Of a stretch of DNA of 64,000 nucleotides, positions 20,888 to 32,498 are shown piece by piece. The translations under genes were made by a program, and so were the position numbers. This DNA is from an uncultured cyanobacterium. Lineage in GTDB: Bacteria; Cyanobacteriota; Cyanobacteriia; Cyanobacteriales; CAWCAG01. Every line of letters begins with the position of its first letter. The first letter of the stretch is position 1. The stretch lies in assembly GCA_963803805.1 (NCBI GenBank), contig CAWDOD010000010.1, positions 32,001-96,000 on the forward strand, written 5' to 3'. A model generated the notes under the pieces. It made no database searches, was not told the DNA's origin, and saw nothing but the letters and a program-made list of their open reading frames with translations.

Positions 20888-22135
20888 ATGAAAGCCAAAA
20901 TACTCGTTTCAAAAGTTTTACCGGCTTGTTATAAAGGGGATCTTGCCATAGCAAAAAGTATGCTAGCCACTATCTCACGTACTCGCCCTAATTGGGAACT
21001 ATCAATTCTTTGTAGAAGACCGCTCAAAGATGCTAAGGAATTTTCTCCTTATGGAAAAGTCTATGGAGAACTTTTCCCTCCCAGAGGTTCTCTTCTTGGT
21101 AGAGTGATTTTTGTACGAGTATTGCGTTATTTGCTCTGGTTAACCTTGAAAATTCCCTGCCTCGATTCCCAAGCCCAGGAATATGTCAATTTATGTAAGG
21201 AAGCAAATGTTCTGGTTTTTTGTGGCGGAGGATCTCCTGGAGGATATGGAGTCACTAACTTGTTCCTTCACGCAGCGATACCAATCCTGATCGCAAAACG
21301 CCTTAATAAACCTGTTTTTCTTTCTGCACTCACTATCGAACTGCCAAAACGCAAGTTAGATAGATGGCTTACTCGTTTTATCCTTAAACAAGTTGATCTC
21401 ATTTCTTTACGGGAGATGCTATCAATAGAAACCCTAAAAAAGCTGGGAGTTCAAACTAAACGAGTTGTGACAGCAGACTGGGCATTTCTATTAGAAAATA
21501 CTTCATCAGAATCTGCATCGACTCTATTAAAAAATTTAGGTGTCCCTGACAATGACTCTTTACTAATCGGTATGAATTTGAGAGATCAAGGATCTGGAGA
21601 TTCTGATGGTCAAAATCGTGTTGGCTCAGCTTATGGGGCAACTTTAATAAAGGGAATCAAAGAAATTCTAGAACAGACCAAGGCAGTAATTGTTATTGTC
21701 TCTATGAATGTTCCCTCAGATTTCAAGTTCGCAAATCTAATTTATAACCAATTGCCATCTCCTTTAAAAACCAGAGTTTTTGTTGCAGAGGATTCATACT
21801 CACCTGAGCAAATTAAGGAGATTATCTCTAATATGGATATTTTTATTGGTACGAGACTTCATCCTACTATTTTTGCTCTATCTTCTCAAGTTCCTAGTAT
21901 GGCGATACATCATCTGATTAAAGTTAAAGGGCTAATGAAGCTTTTTGAATTAGAAAGATATTTTCTTGAAGTAGATAATATAGCAGCAGAGAAATTAAAT
22001 AACAAAGTTCAAGAACTAATAGTGCAAAAAGAGAATATTAGCCAAAAAATCGCTCGTAAACTTCCTGGTATAGAAAACGCAGCTTATAAAAATATTGAAT
22101 TGATTGAATCTTTGCTGAATAGAAACTATAATTAA
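20888..22135 (+). CDS. polysaccharide pyruvyl transferase family
   Basis: KGDLAI, CGGG, ISLRE..S, IGTRLHPTIFA. Confidence 0.85.
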   Translation: MKAKILVSKVLPACYKGDLAIAKSMLATISRTRPNWELSILCRRPLKDAKEFSPYGKVYGELFPPRGSLLGRVIFVRVLRYLLWLTLKIPCLDSQAQEYVNLCKEANVLVFCGGGSPGGYGVTNLFLHAAIPILIAKRLNKPVFLSALTIELPKRKLDRWLTRFILKQVDLISLREMLSIETLKKLGVQTKRVVTADWAFLLENTSSESASTLLKNLGVPDNDSLLIGMNLRDQGSGDSDGQNRVGSAYGATLIKGIKEILEQTKAVIVIVSMNVPSDFKFANLIYNQLPSPLKTRVFVAEDSYSPEQIKEIISNMDIFIGTRLHPTIFALSSQVPSMAIHHLIKVKGLMKLFELERYFLEVDNIAAEKLNNKVQELIVQKENISQKIARKLPGIENAAYKNIELIESLLNRNYN

Positions 22136-22213
22136 TTACTTGATCGTGTTTATTGTTAAATAATAATATTTTTCTCAAAAATCTATAAGCAATCAATTAG
22201 TAACCTACTTAAG

Positions 22214-23164
22214 CTATCTCCATAAGCGATTTCTCCAAATGTAAAAAGGGCTAATTAAAATACTTAGTAATAGCACTGTTTCACAAGCGGCAACTGTATC
22301 AGTTTTAAGCTTAGTCCAATTGCTAGCAATATGTAAGATAAGCTTTCGCAAATCATTCCCTAAATAAGCAAAAAAGGCTAATGGTCTTTGCCATCGCTTA
22401 AGCCTGAGCATTCTGATATAATGCCTAGTTAATCCTGAATTGCGGCTTAGGGAGATTAAATAACTGCGTTCCATCCTCCAAGCAGGAATATGGTGATATA
22501 CGTGCATCTCAGGGTTATACCAAATCTCCCAGCCAGCGTTCTGGATGTAGGACAATATTTCTAAATCTTCCCCTTTGGTTGAAAGAGATTTTTCATTAGG
22601 CCCTAAAAGTACTAATTTATCAGGTACAGTTTCTGTCCAAGCTTGTTTAGCGATAACAATACTAGCTCCTGGAGGAAGAACTTTTTGTTTATGTTGGTTA
22701 TAACAAAAAGGTTTTTTTCCTCTTTCAATTATAGCTAAATAAACAGCTATCTTTTGGAAATCATGAGGTGTTTCGGTTTCAAATTCCCCATGAACTTGAC
22801 CACCATAAGCCCCTGCTTGAGGATGCTGTTTACCAAAGGAATAAGCTTGAAATACCCAATCAGAAGCGGGTAAGTTGTCATCATCGAGGAAACCAATTAA
22901 GGAACCTTGGGCTTCTTTAATAGCCCTTTGCCTAGCAATTGATGCCCCTTGTTGAGGTTCAAAATAATATTTAAGAGGATAGGAATAGTGCCAATTGGAT
23001 TGGTATTGAGCAACAACTTTAGCTGTACCATCGTTACTGTTATTATCAACAACCACAATTTCCCAGTTTATTGCTTCTGTATTAACCTGGGAGCGTAGTT
23101 TATCTAAAAGATCAGGTAATAGATGTTCCCCATTATAGGTACGGATAGCAACTGTAAAATCCAT
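22214..23164 (-). CDS. hpsE: hormogonium polysaccharide glycosyltransferase HpsE-like (GT2)
   Basis: MDFTVAIRTYNG, FLDDDNLPASDWV..AYSFGKQHPQAGAYGGQ. Confidence 0.8.
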   Translation of the reverse strand: MDFTVAIRTYNGEHLLPDLLDKLRSQVNTEAINWEIVVVDNNSNDGTAKVVAQYQSNWHYSYPLKYYFEPQQGASIARQRAIKEAQGSLIGFLDDDNLPASDWVFQAYSFGKQHPQAGAYGGQVHGEFETETPHDFQKIAVYLAIIERGKKPFCYNQHKQKVLPPGASIVIAKQAWTETVPDKLVLLGPNEKSLSTKGEDLEILSYIQNAGWEIWYNPEMHVYHHIPAWRMERSYLISLSRNSGLTRHYIRMLRLKRWQRPLAFFAYLGNDLRKLILHIASNWTKLKTDTVAACETVLLLSILISPFYIWRNRLWR

Positions 23165-23431
23165 TATGACTTAGCCCTAATAATTGCTTGATTTGGATAA
23201 TACTAACTTTCCCGTATTGTAATCAAATGTTGATATCCCAAACCACTTTTGTAAAGTTTTACTTTTATTAAAGAAACTTTATTACAATCACAAATAGGGG
23301 ACTTTCCAGTAAATTTGCTGTCACTTTAGGGAAAAAATAACCAGAGGGATATTCAAGCTATTCTAAGTGATTTCTTACAACTTTAAACTGTCTAAATATT
23401 CTACAATAAACATTTAATTAGTAATTAAGAA

Positions 23432-24760
23432 TTATTTGCCATTTACATAATAGTCCCTAGTTCCTTTCGCGTCCAAAGCCTCTCCTAGGCGATTTAAAGC
23501 ATGGATATAAGCAGCAGTACGCATGGAAACATTTAACTGTTGAGAAATTGACCAGGTTTTCTGGGTTTCTACGATGATCTTTTCTTGTAAACGCTCTTGA
23601 ACTTCTGCTAAATGCCAATACAAACCACTACGATTTTGTACCCACTCAAAATAACTAACTGTTACCCCTCCAGCGTTAACTAAAATATCAGGAAAAACTT
23701 TGATTTGTTTACTTTCTAAAATAGCGTCAGCACCAGAGGTTATGGGGCCATTGGCAACTTCAAAAATGAATTTAGCTTGAATATCAGCAGCATTTGCTTC
23801 TGTGATTTGCTTTTCTAAAGCCGCAGGAACTAAAACATCAACATCTAAAGTTAATAAATCTGCGTTGCTAATTACTTGATGTTCAACAATATTACAAACA
23901 CTATCTTGGCAGTAAACTGCTTTAATCCCACGACGCTCATTTTTGTAAGTGCGAATACTAGGAATATCTAATCCTCCAACTGCATAAATTCCCCCTTGAG
24001 AGTCACTTACAGCCACAACTTTGTAGCCAGCATGAAATAGTAATTCTGCTAGTTTTCCTCCCACCTTGCCGAAGCCTTGTACAGCAATAGTCGTTTCTTG
24101 AGGCTTTTGCTCAAACTTGGGCAAAATAGTGTTAATCACCTCAAAAGCTCCCATAGCTGTAGCCACATCCCTACCTTGGCTTCCTCCCATAGTTAAAGGT
24201 TTCCCTGTTACTACCGCAGGGCTAATTTTGCGCCGGATGATACTATATTGATCCATCATCCAACCCATAATTGTGGCATTAGTATAAACATCGGGGGCGA
24301 GGATATCTACATCAGGACCAATAAAATCAGCGATCGCATCAATATAACCCCGACTTAAGCGTTCTAATTCTGATTTGGATAACTCTTTGGGGTTAAGAGT
24401 AATACCACCTTTGCCTCCTCCAAAAGGCAAATTAAGTAAAGCGCATTTGAAAGTCATCCAAAAAGCTAAAGATTGTACTTCATCAAGGGAAACTCCGGGA
24501 TGATAGCGCACTCCCCCTTTAGCAGGCCCTCTGGTATCATCGTAGCGTACTCGATATCCTGAGAAAACTTGCAAAGAACCATCATCCATCCTAACAGGAA
24601 TAGATACTCTCAAACTAGCCTTGGGGTGCTTCAAGCGTTGGATAGCATCTTCAGAAATCGCCACATACTTTAAAGCTTTTTCTAATCTTTTGCTAGCATC
24701 GGCAAAAAGAGTGTCTGATTTTTTTTCTTCCCAAGGAATAACGGTTTTAGTCATAAACAA
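23432..24760 (-). CDS. gdhA: glutamate dehydrogenase (Glu/Leu/Phe/Val DH)
   Basis: GPAKGGVRYHP, PFGGGKGG, NAGGVTVSYFEWVQN. Confidence 0.92.
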   Translation of the reverse strand: MFMTKTVIPWEEKKSDTLFADASKRLEKALKYVAISEDAIQRLKHPKASLRVSIPVRMDDGSLQVFSGYRVRYDDTRGPAKGGVRYHPGVSLDEVQSLAFWMTFKCALLNLPFGGGKGGITLNPKELSKSELERLSRGYIDAIADFIGPDVDILAPDVYTNATIMGWMMDQYSIIRRKISPAVVTGKPLTMGGSQGRDVATAMGAFEVINTILPKFEQKPQETTIAVQGFGKVGGKLAELLFHAGYKVVAVSDSQGGIYAVGGLDIPSIRTYKNERRGIKAVYCQDSVCNIVEHQVISNADLLTLDVDVLVPAALEKQITEANAADIQAKFIFEVANGPITSGADAILESKQIKVFPDILVNAGGVTVSYFEWVQNRSGLYWHLAEVQERLQEKIIVETQKTWSISQQLNVSMRTAAYIHALNRLGEALDAKGTRDYYVNGK

Positions 24761-24887
24761 CAGTAATTTTTTCTGATTTATCCTTTAGTTATCTAATTGT
24801 CCCAGACAAAGAATATAAAAGGTTTCTATACTGGAAAAAGGTTGTATTTATTATTATTTCTTTGAATTTTTTTCGAGCGCAACCTTT

Positions 24888-25439
24888 ATGATTGTCGCTT
24901 TATTAGCTGCCCTTTCTGCTTCTGCCGCCGCAGGTATGCGTATTGCTTTACCTTTGTTAGTAATCGGCTTGCTACAAACTGATAGTTTGTGGGCTAATAT
25001 CCCTTTATTGTGGCGAGTTCCTCCCCCAGTTCTCTTGTCAATACTTACTAGTTGGTCAATTTTTGAACTTTTCGGTTCTAAAGGATTACTAGGACAAAGG
25101 GTTCTTCAGGTATTAGGATTATGCTTTAGTCCTTTAGTTGGGGCTTTATTAAGTGTTGCGGTAATCAAAACCACAGGAATTGTTATTGAACAACTCTGGT
25201 TAATTGGTATCATTGGGGGCTTACTAGCTTTGGTACTACAATTAGTACAAATAGGTTGGTTTTTTCGCTTGCGAGGTTTACCTATTTGGTTGGTTTTGTT
25301 AGAAGATGCCCTTTGTATCTGCTTGATATTCTTCGCTTTCAATGCACCCCAACAAGGTGGTTTAATTGCGATGTTACTGCTTTGGTTAGCTACCCGTAGT
25401 TCTAAGGAATGGCATCAGTGGTATAAAGGGAATAATTAA
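24888..25439 (+). CDS. DUF4126-like membrane protein
   Basis: SAAAGMRIALPLL, four or more TM helices. Confidence 0.75.
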   Translation: MIVALLAALSASAAAGMRIALPLLVIGLLQTDSLWANIPLLWRVPPPVLLSILTSWSIFELFGSKGLLGQRVLQVLGLCFSPLVGALLSVAVIKTTGIVIEQLWLIGIIGGLLALVLQLVQIGWFFRLRGLPIWLVLLEDALCICLIFFAFNAPQQGGLIAMLLLWLATRSSKEWHQWYKGNN

Positions 25440-25446
25440 TAATCAA

Positions 25447-25475
25447 TGTACGGCTTGCCGTTGCCGTTAGGCATC
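25447..25475. repeat. dispersed short intergenic repeat, copy 1
   Basis: TGTACGGCTTGCCGTTGCCGTTAGGCATC; 27/29 identical to 40456-40484. Confidence 0.75.
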
Positions 25476-25520
25476 ATTGCTAATGGCTAATAGCTAGTTG
25501 CTAATTATTTTATTTCCCCA

Positions 25521-26609
25521 TCAAAGATCAACAGGTATCTCTACAGGTTGATAGGGCATTTTAAAAAATCCCCTGACTGCTTTTTCTTTTTGGCTAGAAG
25601 TTCGCTTTTGCTGGCAGCGTAAACCCATAATAGTTTTTAATCTGGGGGAATCTCCAGGAACTCTGGTTTTCCCGATCACAATTCTTTCAGCAGCGATGAA
25701 AACATCATCTTGATTGGGATAATTGGGGTCATAAATATAGAGTTTAATATCATTACCTGATTCTTCATACCTGTAAGCGAGAACTTGGTGATTTTCCCAA
25801 ATTTGAATACTACTTCCTCCCACATAAACTAAACCGATAACCACTAAATTACCGTCATCTAAATCCGCACTGATTTCCTCAAACTGATCGTAAGTACGTT
25901 TTTGTGTACCAAAAACTGTATCTTCCGGTAGTACCATCCACTGAGCAAATTTAGCAACATGGGTTCCAAATGCACCAAAAGAATCTGTCTGTCGGCGATA
26001 AAGATATTTATAAAAAGGAGTTCCCTTTGCCGGAGGTTCTTTTAGTTCCGGTATCGGTTTTTGTGCTAAGAAAAAGTCGCAAGTAGCAGCAGACATTCCC
26101 CCACATAAACCGTAGGTGGATTGAATATCAGTTAAGTTGGGTAGTTTGGGGACAGAAAATGGTAAAGGGTAGCCGGGGAAGCGATTGAGGAAGTTAAAGC
26201 CATGTTGGGAAGGAATAAAAGTGACATCAGGAGTGAAAATTTCTGGTAAACGGAATTCCCGAACAAAGGGAATCATCGCTGCGGTGTGGCGTTTGGTTCT
26301 TCCCTTGTAGCTGTAGCGAAATTCTAAGTAAGGCAAATAAATATCCTTGAGATCCGGGAGGCGATGGCTACGGCTAGCCCGATTCCAGTTAAAGAGGCTT
26401 TGAGGTAATTTAGTTGTGATAGTTTTATAGTCGAGGTAGCGAGAAGATTCGTAGGTTAAAGTAAATTTACCCTGGGAATCTGATAAACCAGCTTTGATGG
26501 TGAGATTATCGTCTTTGTCCCCTTCATCTTTATCAAAGATGCGAACCTGCACGTTTTCTGCGGTTACGCCATTTTCAAAGAGGATTTTACCAGAGAATGT
26601 TTCTATCAT
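25521..26609 (-). CDS. hypothetical protein, possibly papain-like (C-H-D)
   Basis: GLCGGM, ENHQVLAY and YIYDPN motifs; N-terminal beta domain; likely start MIETFSG at 26609. Confidence 0.65.
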   Translation of the reverse strand: MIETFSGKILFENGVTAENVQVRIFDKDEGDKDDNLTIKAGLSDSQGKFTLTYESSRYLDYKTITTKLPQSLFNWNRASRSHRLPDLKDIYLPYLEFRYSYKGRTKRHTAAMIPFVREFRLPEIFTPDVTFIPSQHGFNFLNRFPGYPLPFSVPKLPNLTDIQSTYGLCGGMSAATCDFFLAQKPIPELKEPPAKGTPFYKYLYRRQTDSFGAFGTHVAKFAQWMVLPEDTVFGTQKRTYDQFEEISADLDDGNLVVIGLVYVGGSSIQIWENHQVLAYRYEESGNDIKLYIYDPNYPNQDDVFIAAERIVIGKTRVPGDSPRLKTIMGLRCQQKRTSSQKEKAVRGFFKMPYQPVEIPVDL

Positions 26610-27408
26610 GGGGAAGAGCGGCAGTTGGATCAAGTAATAAGTAATAACTTTGACGTAAATGACGATTACTTTTATTTTTCTCAAATAATAAGAGGAAGAT
26701 TAGAATTCAAGTGTCCTCCTAGAACTAGTGAGGATTTTTGAAGTTTTTATTTGTAAGCTAAAAGCAATTTAACTTTATTAATAGACTAGCTAAGTTGCTT
26801 AATTAATTGAGTTGAAATGCTGAACTACAATATTTTTCTGCTGGAGATCATAACTGGTTTTTCATGAAAATGCCATCTTGTCAATAGGGTATTTTGTTAC
26901 AGCTAAAAAAGAAGTTTTTGTCTTATAGTTGTAGCGTCATATTTTTTTCTTCCTAAGCTTTTCAAGTTAGAGGAAAGCTCGATATATAGCTATTTTGCTT
27001 TATTGGAGTTATTTTAAGCACATGAACAGCAATATTACTATTTTTAGTTATTGCTTTTTAATCCTATTACAAAAAGAAGCCCTCTCAATGTCTTATAAAA
27101 TCGTTCTTGATATAACTTCACAAATACACTGGAAATTTGCTTAGGTTTAAATAATTAAAAGCTTAACTAGCAAAAAGACAAGCTTTACTTATGAATTTGA
27201 ATTAACCTAAGTCTGGAACGCATCCGCTTTTTTCTTTCTTGACATGATATTATGTATATGGTGGAAAAGGTGCGCCCTAAAAAAAGACTTTCAAAACTCT
27301 TTTTACTCTTCAGTGACTTTATCAGTAAAAAATCAAGGTCAAGGCTTTCTTGCGATTACTTATTGTTGTTCAAACGTGTAACAGCTTAATGTAGATTCAA
27401 ATCGTGCC

Positions 27409-27801
27409 TTAAAGTTGCTCAATTAACTTAGCAACTCGCTCTTTAATTTCATCCCTGACACGGTGAAACGTTGCCATCGGTTGTCCGTCAGGATCATCTA
27501 ATTCCCAATCTGCAAACACTTCCTGCCTTACCCACTCAGGGGGTAAACCCGTTCCACAGCCACACATAGAAATGACCGCATCGTAATCTTTGGCATTAAA
27601 ATCTTTTAAAGAGTCAGAGGTTTGCTTACTAATATCAATACCGACTTCTGACATGACTTTAATAGCAGTAGGATGTACCCGACTAGCTTCTAACCCAGAA
27701 GAAGTAACCTCAATTTTTCCTTCTCCTAATGTTTTCGCAAAACCTTCTGCCATTTGGGAACGGCAGGAGTTTCTTTTGCAAACAAACATAACTTTTTTCA
27801 T
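27409..27801 (-). CDS. arsC: arsenate reductase (LMW-PTP type)
   Basis: CKRNSCRSQMAEG P-loop, CGCG, DDPDG. Confidence 0.93.
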   Translation of the reverse strand: MKKVMFVCKRNSCRSQMAEGFAKTLGEGKIEVTSSGLEASRVHPTAIKVMSEVGIDISKQTSDSLKDFNAKDYDAVISMCGCGTGLPPEWVRQEVFADWELDDPDGQPMATFHRVRDEIKERVAKLIEQL

Positions 27802-27823
27802 GGTTTTTATTTAGCCAAATCAA

Positions 27824-28978
27824 CTATCTATAAGGACTAGCACAACGAGGATCAAGCAAGGTTGCTTTTTCAGGATGTCTGGGAAACCAATTAGCGGTAC
27901 GTTTACAAAATTCTACCAACATCAACATTACTGGTACTTCAATCAACACCCCTACTACTGTTGCTAAAGCTGCACCTGAGTTTAGTCCGAATAGAATGAC
28001 TGCGGTGGCGATCGCAACTTCAAAGTGGTTACTTGCACCAATTAAGGCAGCGGGGGCTGCATCTTCGTAATCTAAACCTAACTTCAAGGCTGCAACGTAG
28101 GTGATGAAGAAGATAAAGTTAGTTTGTAAAAATAAGGGAACAGCAATTAATAAGATGTGTAGGGGGTTACTGACTATTAATTCTCCTTTAAAAGCAAACA
28201 GCAGCACTAAGGTAAGAAGTAAAGCTGCGATCGCAACGGGAGAAAGATAGTGGAGAAACTTTTCCTCAAACCAGCGTCTTCCTTTATATTTAAAAATCCA
28301 GTAACGGCTAAAAACCCCGGCTATTAAAGGCAAACCGACATAAATTAACACTGAAAGGGCAATAGTTTCCCAAGGTACAGTGAGGTTATTGGCTGATAGT
28401 AACCATTTGCCCAATGGTGCATAGAGAAATAACATCGCCAAGGAGTTAACTGCCACCATCACCAAAGTATGTCCTTGGTTACTGTAAGATAGGTAGCCCC
28501 ACATCAGTACCATTGCTGTACAAGGAGCAATTCCCAGTAAAATTGCCCCAGCAATATAAGAGTTAGCTAAGGTGACTTCAACACCCCGTACCAATTCTGT
28601 TGCCGACAACCAAGGCTTAAACAGCCCACCAAGGAAAAACCGGGCAAATACCACCATGGTAAAGGGCTTGATTAGCCAGTTTATTACTAAGGTTAATAAT
28701 ACCGGTTTGGGGGTTCGTGCTGCTTTGGCTGCTTGGCTAAAGTCGATTTTCACCATGATGGGATACATCATGAAAAACAGACAGATGGCAATAGGCAACG
28801 AAACGTTATAAATGCTCATCCCATCGAGAGATTGAGCAACCCCAGGAAAGATTTTTCCCAGGACAATACCAATCACAATGCACAGAGCAACCCAGAGAGT
28901 AAGGTACTTTTCAAAAAAGCTAAGTTGACTACCAGCTTTGACAGCTTTGGCATTAATTTGCGGACTTTCTGAATTCAT
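27824..28978 (-). CDS. acr3: ACR3-family arsenite efflux transporter
   Basis: [38 protein letters not shown]. Confidence 0.95.
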   Translation of the reverse strand: MNSESPQINAKAVKAGSQLSFFEKYLTLWVALCIVIGIVLGKIFPGVAQSLDGMSIYNVSLPIAICLFFMMYPIMVKIDFSQAAKAARTPKPVLLTLVINWLIKPFTMVVFARFFLGGLFKPWLSATELVRGVEVTLANSYIAGAILLGIAPCTAMVLMWGYLSYSNQGHTLVMVAVNSLAMLFLYAPLGKWLLSANNLTVPWETIALSVLIYVGLPLIAGVFSRYWIFKYKGRRWFEEKFLHYLSPVAIAALLLTLVLLFAFKGELIVSNPLHILLIAVPLFLQTNFIFFITYVAALKLGLDYEDAAPAALIGASNHFEVAIATAVILFGLNSGAALATVVGVLIEVPVMLMLVEFCKRTANWFPRHPEKATLLDPRCASPYR

Positions 28979-29016
28979 CTTTCACTCTCAAGCTTGTGGG
29001 AGTGATTTGATTATAT

Positions 29017-29050
29017 ATCAAGTTTATTTGATATAACAACTTTGTTTGAT
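29017..29050. promoter_or_regulatory. tandem ArsR-type operator boxes
   Basis: ATCAA-N6-TTGAT (29017-29032) plus degenerate AACAA-N6-TTGAT (29035-29050) just upstream of acr3, like the Synechocystis ars operator. Confidence 0.65.
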
Positions 29051-29325
29051 ATAGCTATGCCAAATCGTTTGCTTCTAATCCAAAATCCTACTCCTAAAAA
29101 AGCCGTGGTGCTGGAGTTTTAGGAAATAGTCACCCCTTTAATAATCAATCAACGAAAATGATATAAGTTGCTTTATTAATATGTTTAGCTGTAGCTTTGT
29201 ACCTTTATTACGTCAATACATTTATACTAAATCAAAGAGCTGGCAAGGATAAAAATAGTTGGCTCTATACAGATGGTGTGCAGTAAAATTAATAAACACC
29301 ATATATAGCGTGTTGCTCCTTTTTT

Positions 29326-32004
29326 ATGTCTTTTGTTGGTTTACATATCCATAGTGACTATAGCCTTTTAGATGGCGCTTCCCAGCTTAATCCTTTGGTA
29401 GAAAGGGCTGTTGAGTTAGAAATGCCAGCGATCGCCCTGACAGATCACGGGGTTATGTATGGTGCGGTGGAATTAATTAAAGTATGCCGTAATAAGGGCA
29501 TCAAGCCAATAATTGGCAACGAAATGTATGTGATTAATGGCGAACTTGATGATAAGCGCAAGTTAAAAAAGTATCACCAAGTTGTTTTGGCAAAGAACAA
29601 ACAAGGTTATCAAAATTTAGTCAAACTAACCACAATTTCTCATTTACAAGGGTTTCGTGGTAATAAGTTATTTGGTAGACCTTGTATTAACAAAGAACTT
29701 TTAGAACAGTATCATGAAGGCTTAATTGTTACCAGTGCTTGTTTAGGGGGAGAAGTTCCCCAAGCAATATTAAGGCGAGATATCAAATTAGCTCGTAAGA
29801 CGGCTAAATGGTACAAGAAAGTTTTTGGGGAAGATTATTATTTAGAAATACAAGATCATGGTTCCCAAGAAGACCGGATTGTTAATGTTGAAATTATTAA
29901 AATTGCCCGTGAGTTAGATATTAAAATTATTGCAACTAACGACTCTCATTTTATTTCTTGTAATGATGTAGAAGCACATGACGCTTTATTGTGTATTCAA
30001 ACTAATAAATTAATCACCGAAGATAAGCGTTTACGTTATAGCGGGACGGAATATTTAAAATCAGCAGAAGAAATGGCTTTGTTGTTTCAAGATCATCTCC
30101 CTTCTGAGATAATTGAAGAGGCGATCGCTACTACTTTGGAAGTAGCCGAAAAGATTCGTCCTTACAAAATATTAGGAGAACCTCGCATTCCCGATTACCC
30201 TGTACCTTTAGAGCATACAGCAGATAGTTATTTAGAAAAGGTTACTTGGGAAGGTTTAAAAGAAAGATTAAAATGTCGCTCTTACTCAGAAATTGATTCT
30301 ACCTACAAAGAAAGGCTGGAATATGAGTTGAAAATGATGCAACGTATGGGCTTTTCCACTTATTTCTTGGTAGTTTGGGATTATATAAAATACGCTAGAG
30401 ATAATCATATTCCTGTCGGTCCTGGAAGAGGTTCAGCCGCCGGATCTTTAGTTGCTTATGCGTTAAAAATAACCAATATTGATCCAGTTCACCACGGCTT
30501 ATTATTTGAACGTTTCCTAAATCCTGAACGGAAATCAATGCCAGATATTGATACAGATTTTTGTATTGAAAGGCGAGATCAAGTTATTGAATATGTGACC
30601 CAAAAGTATGGCAAAGATAAGGTTGCCCAAATTATTACTTTTAACCGTATGACTTCCAAAGCGGTTTTAAAAGATGTGGCTAGGGTTTTGGCTATTCCCT
30701 ACGCAGAATCAGATCGTATGGCGAAATTAATTCCGGTAACAAGGGGAAAACCGGCGAAGTTAAAAGTAATGATTTCTGAAGATACTCCTGCACCAGAATT
30801 TAAAGAAAAATACGAACAAGATCCGCAAACTCGCCGTTGGTTAGATATGGCCATGCGTATTGAAGGTACGAACAAAACCTATGGTGTTCATGCTGCGGGA
30901 GTCGTAATTTCTTCTCAACCTTTAGATGAAGTTGTACCCTTACAAAAAAATAATGACGGGGCGGTAATCACTCAATATTTTATGGAAGATATTGAGTCTA
31001 TGGGTTTATTAAAAATGGACTTTTTAGGGTTAAAAAATTTAACCTTAATTCAAAGAAGCGCTGACTTAATCAAGGAGAATAGAGGGGATGAATTAAATTT
31101 AGATCAGCTACCTTTAGAAGAAAGAAAAGCTCTACAGATTTTAGAAAAAGGGACAATTAAAAAGCTACCTGATGATATTCAGAAAACCCATAAATTGTTA
31201 GAAAGAGGAGAATTAGAAGGTATTTTCCAACTCGAATCAGAAGGTATGCGCCAAATCGTTAGGGATTTGCGACCTTCTGGCATTGAAGATATTTCTTCTA
31301 TTTTGGCACTTTATCGACCAGGACCTTTAGATGCTGGTCTAATTCCCAAATTTATTAATCGCAAACATGGTCGTGAAAAAGTTGAATATCAACATCCTTT
31401 ATTAGAGCCAATTCTCAAAGAAACCTACGGAACTTTATGCTTCCAAGAACAAATCATGAAGATGGCTCAAGACCTAGCAGGGTACTCTTTAGGTCAAGCT
31501 GATTTATTACGCCGTGCTATGGGCAAAAAGAAGATTTCTGAGATGAAAAAACATCAGGAAATGTTTATAGATGGGGCCAGCAAAAATGGAGTTAAGCGTG
31601 TCATTGCCGAAGATTTATTTGGCCAAATGATTAAGTTTGCCGAATATTGTTTAAGCTACGAAACTAAGGTTTTAACAGTAGAATATGGCGCTATTGCTAT
31701 TGGAGAAATTGTTAAAGAAGGATTAGTTTGCCATGTTTATAGTGTCGATGAAAATGGCTTTATTTATACTCAACCAATTGCTCAATGGCACGATCGCGGA
31801 GAACAAGAAGTCTTTGAATATCTTTTAGAAGATGGCAATAAAATTAAAGCCACCCCAGACCATAAATTTATGATCCAGGATGGGACAATGCTACCTATTG
31901 AAGAGATATTTAGACAAGGATTAGATTTAAAGCAAGTTAATGGTCTTGGGGCTAAGCAAAGGGGAAATACAAAAGAAGATGCCGTTTTAGCCGAGAAAAA
32001 TTAA
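29326..32004 (+). CDS. dnaE: DNA polymerase III alpha, N-terminal half with split intein Int-N
   Basis: PHP domain [28 protein letters not shown]; ends [11 protein letters not shown]... Confidence 0.97.
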   Translation: MSFVGLHIHSDYSLLDGASQLNPLVERAVELEMPAIALTDHGVMYGAVELIKVCRNKGIKPIIGNEMYVINGELDDKRKLKKYHQVVLAKNKQGYQNLVKLTTISHLQGFRGNKLFGRPCINKELLEQYHEGLIVTSACLGGEVPQAILRRDIKLARKTAKWYKKVFGEDYYLEIQDHGSQEDRIVNVEIIKIARELDIKIIATNDSHFISCNDVEAHDALLCIQTNKLITEDKRLRYSGTEYLKSAEEMALLFQDHLPSEIIEEAIATTLEVAEKIRPYKILGEPRIPDYPVPLEHTADSYLEKVTWEGLKERLKCRSYSEIDSTYKERLEYELKMMQRMGFSTYFLVVWDYIKYARDNHIPVGPGRGSAAGSLVAYALKITNIDPVHHGLLFERFLNPERKSMPDIDTDFCIERRDQVIEYVTQKYGKDKVAQIITFNRMTSKAVLKDVARVLAIPYAESDRMAKLIPVTRGKPAKLKVMISEDTPAPEFKEKYEQDPQTRRWLDMAMRIEGTNKTYGVHAAGVVISSQPLDEVVPLQKNNDGAVITQYFMEDIESMGLLKMDFLGLKNLTLIQRSADLIKENRGDELNLDQLPLEERKALQILEKGTIKKLPDDIQKTHKLLERGELEGIFQLESEGMRQIVRDLRPSGIEDISSILALYRPGPLDAGLIPKFINRKHGREKVEYQHPLLEPILKETYGTLCFQEQIMKMAQDLAGYSLGQADLLRRAMGKKKISEMKKHQEMFIDGASKNGVKRVIAEDLFGQMIKFAEYCLSYETKVLTVEYGAIAIGEIVKEGLVCHVYSVDENGFIYTQPIAQWHDRGEQEVFEYLLEDGNKIKATPDHKFMIQDGTMLPIEEIFRQGLDLKQVNGLGAKQRGNTKEDAVLAEKN
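31648..32004 (+). other. DnaE split intein, N-part
   Basis: [14 protein letters not shown]...[15 protein letters not shown]...ATPDHKFM, matching Ssp/Npu DnaE Int-N; the C-part is not in this window. Confidence 0.95.
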
Positions 32005-32018
32005 TAGTCGTAGATGGT

Positions 32019-32282
32019 ATGGCTTATAACGGTACGGTGCGTTCCGAAGATGGCGATACGATAGACTACCTTAAGATTACTGACATTGGCAATAGTTTTT
32101 TGATGACTGGTAAATCCACCCTGTCTTGGAATGGCGATTTGCCAAAGGGTTCTCGGCTAGCTTATCAAATTAAGGTAGGGTTAATGACCATGGCTGAACC
32201 TGTACCTGAACCTACTTCTCTACTTTCTCTGGGTTTGCTGGGTAGTTTTGTCGCCTATACTCGTCGTAAGAAACAAGGCTAG
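32019..32282 (+). pseudogene. C-terminal fragment of a PEP-CTERM protein
   Basis: VPEPTSLLSLGLLG..RRKK sorting signal; no signal peptide; starts 14 nt after the dnaE stop. Confidence 0.6.
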
Positions 32283-32498
32283 TACTAAAAAGATTATTAC
32301 TGTGATAATGGGGCTAGGTTAGGTTGGTTATATTGATTGGCAAAATCTACAGGTATAAATTGCTCAGCAAGACAGAGATATTGAAGTTTTGAATCATCCT
32401 CGGTTTGTTTTAGATTTAACTGAAGTTTAGAAATAACTTCTACTTTTGGCAGTTAACCAGATAAAATAAAAGTTACCTTCACCCACTTCCTGAAGCAA

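Noticed and set aside
26690-27400. About 700-bp AT-rich intergenic gap
   Set aside because: I could not find a convincing ORF, repeat or RNA structure by eye.
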